From Antedon mediterranea (taxonomy: Eukaryota > Animalia > Echinodermata): DNA of 64,000 nt. The notes below the pieces were generated by a model. The model was not told the DNA's origin. It saw nothing but the letters and a program-made list of their open reading frames with translations, and made no database searches. Of this stretch, positions 50,927-61,800 are shown one piece after another. Numbering within the stretch: position 1 is the stretch's first letter; each line of letters begins with the position of its first letter. A program made the translations under genes and the position numbers. The stretch spans positions 36,196,388-36,260,387 of the forward strand of contig NC_092670.1 in assembly GCF_964355755.1 (NCBI RefSeq). The letters are read 5' to 3'.

Positions 50927-53900
50927 TTATATAGCGTCATATTCAGAGTCCTTTTTACATGGTGAAATTGAGAGCAATACACCATCCTAAAAATCGAATT
51001 ATTCACAATTGTTTTTCAAAATACATACATTTAACATAAAGATGATACACCAATTATTTTACATGCAAAAAGGAAGTACATAAGCATTTCAAATTAAGAG
51101 TTTTAATTGTGCAAAAAGTAATCCATTATCTTAGAAGACTTAAAATATAAAATATGAAATATTTTATGAAAACATGACCAAACAATAGAGGGCTCTGTAA
51201 CAATTGGATAGAGGGAGCTATATCTTTAAAAATATTAAGACTTGCTGCAGTTTTTTTTTCGTATAGTTTTTCTGCAGTGAAGAATTAAAAGTTGAAACTT
51301 TTTATTAGATCCAGAACACAGTTTTAGATCATGCTCAGACTCAGGGAAAAACCATTTTTTTTCAGCCATTAATGAATACCATGATAAAAAATAATTAAAA
51401 TGATTTAATGATGATGAAGATCAAGTAATTTTACTTACCTTAACAAGGCTTGGGAAACCTGTCCAGAACTGATAATTTGGGAAGAGTTCTTTTCCCGCTG
51501 CACCTCGGATAAAACGGTTTATAAGAACTCCTGCTATCAAGTACACAATTAACAAAACTGTAAACCTAAAAAGAAAAATTAAATATACAGATGATCCCAA
51601 AAAGTAATCTTTTTTATTGCATAAAAATCATTAATCATTTGACTGCTCAAACCATGGCTTATTTTATACAAAACTACGTTTACTAAATTAGAATGGGATT
51701 TAAAAAGATGTTAAACAACATCAAAGCTGACATTTTGTTGAGCATTGTACAATTACAATTAGTTACTTACAATATGCAAAGAATAGATCCTACACTTAAA
51801 CCACTATCAAATTTTGGGCAAACTTCTTTGTCCTCCAATGTGAATGTCTAAAAAAAGTAATAAAAGAAAATTTAACAAGGCCATATACATTGCTGCAGTC
51901 GTGTGCTCAAATTTGAGTTAGTGTTTACCGACCGACCGACATAGTGAGCTGTAGAGTCGCGTTGCATGCAACTCAAAATCGGTTTAACTATTTAATCAAT
52001 TAGGCATATTAAGGTGGTCTAAATATGTACATAGAAAAACATGATAAAATAATGTAATGCTATTGTTTTAAAGTAGACTGTAGAGTTACTGGGTTACTAC
52101 TTCAGAAAGTTGTAATACCTGCATGATAGTATGAAGTCATTTCAGTGTACTGCATAGCAAAGATTATGGGTGGTCAGCGACACTTACTATCAAACAGAGG
52201 GGGAAATTGAATTTATATACATGCCTTCCTTCTGATTTTTTTACTCCACCTTTTGAGATATTTCTTCACAAAATTAGATTAAAGCTCAGATACAGGCATG
52301 AATTTTAAATATAATATTTGGTTAATTGTACATAAATCAAATATTTGTAACAGAAATCAAGACGAAAAAAAATTAATTTCCCTTAATATGGTCAAATAAA
52401 AAATTTGGCAAAAATTCTTCCATAAAAACCAGGAAGACTTTTTTTCAGTAGTTAGGTAGTTAACCTAATGTAATAACATGTCTGGTGACTCCCTAGATGG
52501 TGAAAAAAGATGGTGGATATACGGTGGATTATTTTTGCTATAGTATGAAAATAAAAATCTGAAGTTCAATAAAAATATCAGAAATGTAATATTCAAGTTA
52601 TATTACCTATATTTAGTCATCTGATAACATTTTTACCACACCGTTTATTTTTCATAGCTTTTTAAAATGCCTCTCTACTTTACAAAATTTGGGTACAAAA
52701 GAATAGAGATTTTACTGTGTAATTTGAACTATCCCCCACTGATAAGAAAGTGCTTATTTTCAACAAGCTCGTGTAACACAAATAAAATCCCAAAAATATG
52801 AAACATAGGGGAAACTATAGATCGACAATTATTGGAATGTATGATCAATAGACATTTTTTGCCCGCACCTGGCCTTTAATGGACTACGACTAATGAACAA
52901 AAAATGAGCAAAACAAGTTTGTATGATGTAAGGTAAAATTTTACATTACCGTAAAAGTATTTGTGAGTGGAGAGAGAGGCCTTAAATTGTGAGTGTTTGG
53001 TATTGTGACAACTTTTAGACACATTTTATTTAACATAGTTACCAACCGTCTCGCATTGTGCGGAACGGGCCGGCACTTTTATGTGCAAGATCACTTTTTT
53101 TGTCATTGCTAAATGTGTGATCATTTTTTATCCCTATTTGAGAGGAAAATGCATTCAAATTAACAAAAACAGTTATACGATGGACTGACACAGTGACGAT
53201 GTTGTGTGCACAAGTTTATACAGTAAAAAGAGAAACCCGGGCTGCGCTGAATTTCCAGGGCATCACGTATGCAAAACCCAGGAGAGCAACAAATCGCTCT
53301 CCTCAAATCACCGAGGAGAGCAATTCGCTCTCCTTGAAAAAATTTTAAATCGCTCTCCTCAAATGTTTATGTAAATATGTAAAAAAATTACAATTATTAA
53401 TTTTTTGTACACATTTTTTTTCCCAACAGGGGTGGGGATAACCCCCCCCCCCCCCCCCCGCCGGGCACAACAAATGTATACTGTACCTCTCCCCTAAAAT
53501 CCCCCACACCCACCTTCACACAATATTTTCCGTGGGGATCGTAATATTCTACAGTAAAAAAACTCAAGCCAATTTTTTTTTTATGGCCTGGGTAGATTGG
53601 GTTTCAGGAGCCTGGAGAATCCTGTCCTGGCCAACTATGCCTTTAGCCTAGCTTTTCTAGCCTAGCTTGTTGGCCTAGAAATCAGACAGAACACCTGAAA
53701 AGTATTTACCTGCAATTCATAAATTATACAATTCTAATATGCAACAGCCATTAAAATATTGATAATAAGTTACAAAAGTGTCATTTTAAAATAATTAAGA
53801 AAGATATTTGATCGTGTTTACATGTGTCACACATGGGCGCACGCACAATAGGGGAGGGCTGAGAGAGCTTCTAGAAGATGCTGACGTCACACGTCAGCAC

Positions 53901-56900
53901 ATGTTTTTAGGAGGATTTGAGTGACCAAAATTGGTTAGAACTTTCGAAGAAATAATCCATCTTCAAAATGATATAATTAAAGCAACCAGCAGCTAAGCTT
54001 TTTTAAATAATAAACATTATATTTAGGCCTCCTATATTAATGTTTCCTTTTAAAATTAGATATATTTTATTAACTCGTTCCATAAAAACATAAAGGGAAA
54101 AATTATTGGTTGGGACATGATCTTCCTGTAAAGGAGGTGTTTCTATGACACCGTACTGGTTGCACTATGAGGCGATGAAGTAAACTCGCCCTTGAATGCG
54201 CGCAGGCAGGGGAATCCCCTTTGTTGGTGGTACCTCGCACTGGAGCGCGATGAATTGCTCTCCTTTTCGAAGGTTGTTGATTGCGATCGCGCTCGCGATC
54301 CTTAAAAACGAGGGACTGCCATTAGGCTTGTAGCTTTATAACTTAGCTTATATATTATTAGCCTAGGCCTAGATTGGTTTTAACTTTAAAAAATCCAGGT
54401 GTTTTTAGGCCTCTTGACAGAAAAATCAACACTGTCAAAAGCTAGGCTCTATTTTGAAAATTAAGGAGCGCGATAAATTGCTCTCCTCGAAGCCTGTTGA
54501 GGAGCGCGGAGGAGCGCGGTCGCGCAGGCGCTCCTTATAAATGATGCCCTGAATTTCCATGCCTTTGGTCAGTGGATCAGTTCAATTTGACCATCCAAAA
54601 AAACAAATTTTAATAAAATAATAAAAATAGTGAATGATAATAACGGATTAACAAACAAAAGATTAAAAATACAATTGAACAATATTTTTATCGAAAAAAA
54701 AAGCTTGAATACTTTGTGTCCACACTCCACCCTTCCCCACAATGGTGTAGCCTGTCATGTATTTCAAAACTCTTAAGTTGGTAACTATATTTTAAGCAAA
54801 CCAATCTCAATTGTTACTTACATAAGTAGTAGCTCCATTATCTGTGGCTGTAAATGATGATTTACCATCTTTATTACAAAGTAGTTTCACAATTACATTT
54901 CTATAAAAAAAAAAATAAATTAGCATAAATATTCAAATTGGCAATTACGAGATTTTCAAAAAATCAATGTTTAGGTTTTAGTTTAAAAAGAACACAAGGT
55001 TATAGAAATGTTTTACTAGCATTAGCAATACAGAAAAAACATTGCAAACAAATTACCGGTGACAAAATTTAAATTATTTTAATTATTTTAATTTTGTCAC
55101 CGGTAATTTATTTTAATTTTTATTAATTTATTTATTTTTTATTATTAAAATAATTAAATAAAATGTAATGATAAACAAATTGATTTAAATTCAATTAGTA
55201 AAATGTGTTTTATAAATATTGCTTAGCACATCCTAACAAATGTTTGGTTGTGGTAAATAACAAATAGGTGACAATATGTAATTATATGTCTCAGTACCTT
55301 GTGGCACCAGGTGCTATTACTGGTGTATAGTTGATACAAATTACAAAGTTACTGGAAGACTGATCTGCAGTGCAGCTGCTCCAGGAGTCCACCTTCTGTT
55401 CAGCAATGAGAAATTCTGCATCATTGTCTTTATCGGTCTGACACGCCTTAAAAATACAGAATTAACTAGATTTAATTCGTCACTATGATGAATTATAGGT
55501 TATATGCATACATTGATTTAAATAAAGATAATTGATTTTTAAAAGATATATTGATTGATTGATTTTCTCAGAATCTTTAATTATTTATAATATATGATAG
55601 GGTATTGCTAACGCAAATACAATAGCGGTATCAGAATCCGATCAAAGATCCCTCTGCGTATAATGTCATAAACCACATTTGATATTACATAACAATAAAG
55701 ACATAAGTTATTTTTATCTAGATTTCATTATAAATCATGTGTATAATCTATACACTAAATAAAATTGAACAAACAATACGGATAATAAAAAAAAATCTTT
55801 TTTTCATTTCGTTTCCCAAGGTGAGGCTCGATCTCGGTACCTTGAATGCCATAGACACGAGCACAGACCACCGAGCCATACAACTGACTAAAACTTGTAG
55901 AAAGATTTCTCTGTGTATTTACTATGCAGTAGCCACTTCAGTGCAGATAGATTATTACATACCGCAAAGAATTAAAATTTTTACTATGATGGCAATTATT
56001 TAAACGCTTAAGATTGCCTAAAACGTACTCTAATTTTATCGAAAATAAATGTTGACAATTTTGAAAATGTTAAGTGCGCTTACGCATGCGTTATATGCGC
56101 TACGCACGTAATTCTATTGCCATATGATGAAATGTGACCTGAAATTTATGAGTACAAAATTTTGTTTAATTGTGATTCATGCTTTTGAAGATATAATTAC
56201 AAATGTGATTTCGTTTAAAGCGCGCGTAGACCGCACTGCACTGCAGATCAGTCTTCCAGTAATTTTTTATTGCGCACCATGAAAACATAACCACATCGAT
56301 TCCTGGCCATAAGGAATATACTCTAAAAAATTGACTTAGCTAGATGAAACTGATATCAAGAAAATTGACGGACAAAATAGTGCTAAGGAAAGAATAAATA
56401 AAGATATAAATAAAGATTGTGACAGAAGCAATAGTTTAAATGCATATAACTTAATTAAATAAATAAAAAAATTAATTTGAAGTTTTATTTTACAAAGATC
56501 ACAGTTTTTTAAGTAGTGTGGTCTTTTTCATTGCTTTCCCAACAACTCTAATCCATTTGATTTATTTATTTATTTATTTTAATGAGGCTTTAAGCTTATT
56601 GTACTTTTTTAATTCAATTTCAATTCAATAAACTTTATTGTCAAACTCATGAATGGCTTGAAACTTTGGCTGAAAGTACACACATTAAAATTGTCTAAAA
56701 ACATTGTCGCACAAACAGTAAAAAAGAATAAAATCACATAAAACAGAGAACAAGATGTTATATAAAAATGTTAAAAGCGGACACAAAAAGTACAAATCGA
56801 GTTTAAAATACAGCTAAGATACTTATTGCGGTTATCGTTTCCAAATTAAATTAAAAAGCCTCATAGCAGATACTGCATTATTTATTCCACACCATGGTGT

Positions 56901-58050
56901 TTATTTTGGTGGTGTTCAGGAAGACAATAAAAGTATCATAACCCCCCTCCCCCGCGGAACATCATTATGAATAAACGCCGCCACCTGCATATATACACAA
57001 TATTGTATTAACACATTTCTATTTGTAGTATAATTTATTAATTGAAATGAGCTACAACTTACTAAACATTTTTACTGTATTTTATCATTTCTCGATATTA
57101 ATTTATGTTGTATTTTTTCATATCTTGGAGGTATTTATTTGATAATACTTGTTACGATATTACACCCAAAAAAATAAATGCCATTCTCAAATAAACGCCT
57201 CCCTAAAAACCCTCCTGAACAATAAAAGGCCATGCTGTTTATACAAATAAATATGGTAATTATTTATGGGTTAGATTGATTATTTAGTTGTTAGTAGTTA
57301 AAATCCAGTGGATGATGTCTATTCTCTAATGTACTCACTGCAGCATCTTTACATACTGATGATTGTCCAACTGTATAACTGTATCGCGGGTTGTAAGTAT
57401 ATTTATAGTCACCGGATACAGCACTATACCTGTAGAAAAAACAAATATATTATAGTAGTACATGGTATGTTTATAAAAGATATTTGACAAATGTTATGGT
57501 GATCTTTAATATGTAAATGTGGAGGAAGGAGGTGCATTGCTATTAATGATGACTGTACAATCGAATAATGAAAAAAAAATCCTTTTCGTTTCCTTCTAGT
57601 GTATCCAGGGAGTTGTAAAATAATTTACAACTCCTTGGTGTATCTTTCTTCTATTATTATTCACTACAATTTAAATACACACAATTTAATTAATTTCAAA
57701 TCATCAAAATTAAAACGCAATAAAATTCAATTGTGAAATGACCACTGTGAAACCATGGAGGGGGACCACACATCGGCATGACAATGTCACTTTTGGTAGT
57801 CACTAGACCTAGGATAGTTTAGAGTGGCTAGGCCAAACCTTAGGAGGTGGTCTGGTAAGTAGGAATGCCGGTTGTAGACCTACTTTGCCGATTTCCCGCT
57901 ACGATCTCCCAGCGAAGAGATGTCGATTTTTGATCCATCCTGCAAAGTACACAGAAACGTCGAAGGTGGACTCTCTTTGCATAAGTTACAATAAAAACAT
58001 GGGAACAATAAACTGAAGATTAGAAATTGTAGTAAATTAAACAGCAACAT
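50927..58050 (-). CDS. Cation-dependent mannose-6-phosphate receptor / ATG27-like type I membrane protein
   Basis: Exons 58050-57884, 57429-57339, 55446-55298, 54900-54822, 51847-51771, 51565-51439, 50986-50927. Signal peptide; MRH-like domain (GSKIDISSL, YTYNP, CKDAAACQ, RNVIVKLLC, YTFTLEDKEVCP); TM GLSVGSILCILFTVLLIVYLIAGVLIN; tail GKELFPNYQFWTGFPSLVKDGV...YDAI. Confidence 0.88.
51874..51978 (-). mobile_element. HINE-like element, second copy
   Basis: Reverse complement resembles 30406-30505. Confidence 0.6.
53034..54789. mobile_element. Outer non-autonomous TIR element (hAT-like)
   Basis: CATAGTTACCAAC ... GTTGGTAACTATA; flanks ATTTAA and TTTTAA. Confidence 0.55.
53256..54551. mobile_element. 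Nested non-autonomous TIR element with 6-bp target duplication
   Basis: AATTTC|CAGGGCATCA ... TGATGCCCTG|AATTTC; subterminal TCGCTCTCC/GGAGCGCG repeats. Confidence 0.75.
57606..57637. mobile_element. 32-bp palindrome with 7-bp duplication
   Basis: GTGTATC|CAGGGAGTTGTAAAATAATTTACAACTCCTTG|GTGTATC. Confidence 0.7.
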
Positions 58051-58137
58051 AATAATATTTAGATCAAATTCAAGTTGTTGATTTATCTGGCTAGGCTTTA
58101 GACAGAAATAGAAGGCTAAAAACTTCCGAGATTTTAC

Positions 58138-58197
58138 ATCACGTGCCTGTGTTGTTTGTTGTGTTCCACCTGACCGCACAAGTACATGCACGTGACA
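58138..58197. promoter_or_regulatory. Two CACGTG E-boxes (CLEAR-like) in the M6PR-like/BBS12 divergent promoter
   Basis: TCACGTG at 58139-58145 and GCACGTGAC at 58188-58196. Confidence 0.45.
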
Positions 58198-58804
58198 CAA
58201 CATAGACATACACATCACACACATACTACAAAAAAGATTGTAATTTTAATAGGCCCCTAGTTATAGTAGGCCTATAATAATATACACATTATAACCTAAT
58301 TATTAATAATAACCGTATTGCAGCGATTCCGATACTAGATCCCCACTGGGTAGGCCTAGAGTAGTAGTTAGTTTAGGCTAATTATTATTCTACCATCAAT
58401 TATTTATCTGACTGTAGCTAGGTAGGGAGGCTAGATGAAAAAGAAACGTAAGCCAACAGTAAACTAGAGTCTATAGGACTGGGTCGTTTCGTCCTTGTTT
58501 TTCAAATTGCATAAGTATGTTATAAATAATTATGCGCGATTTGAACGACTTCTGTATATAATATGATCATTAACTACGTCTTTTTCTACTACAGTTACAG
58601 TCCAGTAATTCTGTACTGTGTTTTTTGTAGGTTTCATGATATGCTATTCATGAATGAAAAATACCAGTCTGGACTTCAAGTTGCCTCAGTACTCGGTAAC
58701 AGCAATAACTTGCATACTAAACTAAGTTACATACAGTGGTTCACCGTGGATAAACAGTACACTATTTTAAATTAAATCTTCTTGTTTTTTGTAGGTTTCA
58801 TGAT

Positions 58805-61800
58805 ATGCTATCAATGAATGAAAAATACCAGTCTGGACTTCAAGTTGCCTCAGTACTCGGTAACAGCAATAACTTACATACTAAACTAAACCACATATAC
58901 AGTGGTTCACCGTGGATAAACAGTACACTATTTTAAATTAAATTACAGTTTTACATGCAGAATTAACTATGAAGCATATCCATGATGACAATTAATGGTT
59001 TAGTTTTGATTATTAGCTTGCTAGAAAAATTGCAAATTTATTTTATTTCAATTCGAATCTTACAGTGACCTGTTTGTCAAAAATATTTTATTTTCTATTT
59101 TTCAGGTTCAACCTTTAGGAATTTTCTTGGGCCAGTAAAAAGGTTTGTATAAAACATACATGAAAACAATGGAAGGTATTCAGTATTTGGAGGAGTTTCT
59201 CTAGGCCCCTACATAGAAAAAAAATGAAACAATTATGACAGCGAACTATGGTCATACAATGGCTTAATTTTTTGCAGCAATTTATTTGCAGAAAACTAAG
59301 CAGAGTGAAAAAGATGGCGACAAGTAAAAAATTTCTCCCAACCAAAGCAGGTGTATTGGCATATATTGTATAATGAATCCAATTCAAGTTTTAAAATCCT
59401 AAACATAATACAATCCAGTGCTAATAAATCTAACAAATGATGATGCGTATGAACGACGAGTATAAATAATCCAACCTTGTTCAATATGAAATTGCATTGA
59501 AAATGATATTTGAGTTCCAAAGATTGTTTTTAAAAAATAAAAGTTAGCCAAATATAGGCCAATTAATTTAAATACTGTGTATTTCATTTTCATTTCATTT
59601 ATTTTGTCTCAGATATAAAAAAAAACAAACAATAGAGAGAGACAGGATTCCCAAAAGCGAACTAAATCAAACTATCAAGTGGGTCTCCAAATTATTGATT
59701 GTGTAGTGGTGTTTTTCTTTCTATAAAAAGCATTTTTCATTTGTCTTTTTAGTGTTAAGTTCTTTGTTGATCAAGATGGTGTTGAGAGTGTTTGTGTCAC
59801 CAGTACTGAAAAACTGCTGCAGTTACTGGATTTGCAGGTTTGTGAAGTGATACAGTTGTTCATATTTTCTATGTATAGCATGTGTGAACTGCTTTTAAAA
59901 AGCAATTAATCTGAAATAGTTTAAAGCTCTGTCTACACTATCAAACTTTATGTGACAAGAAAATGTGATGTGCATGCACATAAATGGACATGATGATGTC
60001 ATATCACTACCATATTTAAGCATAATAGCTACGATATTTGGACACATCACATTTTTTTGTTCAAACTAGTTTTAGTGTATAAAAAGCTTTAGAGTAAACA
60101 AAGAACTATACTATTACTATACTATGAAAACATGCATTTGTGTTGCAGCACCCCATTGGAGAGATGATAGCATCTGCTATCCAGACTCACAACAGTGTTT
60201 ATGGTTGCTACTCTACCACCATGGTTGTTCTACTGGGCCACTGGTGTCTGGAGTTCAAGAGTCTACTGAACAAGGTAAATGTCTGTCTGTTACTGAACTT
60301 TAACAATAAGTAAAATGTTCATGACTTGGCATGAAGATACAACCCCATGGCATCTGATACTGTTAGATTTGTCAGAAAGTGAATCATCACTACTATGTTA
60401 TGTATCCATCAGTATGTTAAATGATTAGGTCAGTCCAGGGCAATTCCTGGTCAATCTAACAGTTCAGTTTGGTGCATCTTTTCAATTTTTGTTAAACTCT
60501 AGATTACTCCTCCTGCCTGATACAATACTGCTTTTGTGCTTATTTAGGGTTTGGCAGTAAGACCATTGCTGGCTATTGGTGATGATTTACTTGCTTCATC
60601 TATCGATGCTGTACATAGTTCATCAACATCTTTGGACCAATGGTTGGTGCTACAACAACTCGATCACCAGAGTTTAGCAACTTGTGGCAGCAAAAAACCA
60701 AAGATTGAAGAAACCATTGCTCATGAAAATGGTAGGAAAGAGACAGCAAGTACAAAAATAAAATCAGCTGAGGATCAAAAGGAAGAAAATAATAGACCTG
60801 CTAAGAGGAAAGAAGAAATGATGGCTGCTGTTTTATCTTCTGGAAGACCATGGAATTCAAAAGATGAAAGAGCTGAATATGTGGAACCAGCAGATAGAGA
60901 AACGTGGTCCACATATCAAGGAATCTTGGATGATGAAGATGTGTCATGGTTTTTTAATGAAAATAATGAAATTGACTTAGGACTTTCAGAACCTGATTTT
61001 ACTGACGATTATTTAGTTATATCACCAAAGGTTAAAGGGCAACAGGAATCAATGAGAAATGTTGGTAGCATAGAATATAACCATGATATGTGTAAATACA
61101 AGATAGGAAAGCCATTTGCAGACAGTTTACAAATTCCGTTTGTGGATTCTCAGGGTTCATCAGAAACTGATGAAAAATCTTTAGAAATACTTAATGATTT
61201 ACATCACTTAGAACTAAGAAGAAATTATTCATTTCAGAAAAGTGAACCAAATGTGATTGATAGTTTGACAGACAGTGATGATGAGTTTGCAGGTTGTTTT
61301 GAACATTTACCCAATATATCTGATAAGGAGATACAACAACAAAAAATCCAGCAGTCTAGTTGTTTGAAAGAAATTAACACTGAATCTATGCTAGAAAAAT
61401 CTGCAAAGAAAGAAATAGAAAATATTGATACTTTAATTAGGCATAAGATGAAAGAATCTTCTAAGTTAGGTTTGATAAGAGGAATGTCACAAGGCAGACA
61501 TTTTCGAACAATCAAACATGTTGGGATAAATAATGCTAATGTAGATGATGATTCTGATAATGAGTTTGCAGGTTGTGTTCAAGATTTGCCCAATTTACAA
61601 GAAGATGGCAGCAATTTAAGTGTTACTCCAAAGATAGAATCCAACATTCCTTTAACAGATGATCTTGTTTGTGGACGTGCTTCTAGACAAAATATACAAT
61701 CATTATTTGCAGAGAATGACATTGAGAGGTTAGATGTTAGTTCATTCATTGAGAAAAGGTTGAAGAAATCCTCACAGGTATCAATAGCAAAAGGACTATC

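Noticed and set aside
52281-52878. Possible Kolobok-like element with TTAA flanks
   Set aside because: The ends match only loosely; not supportable without a consensus.
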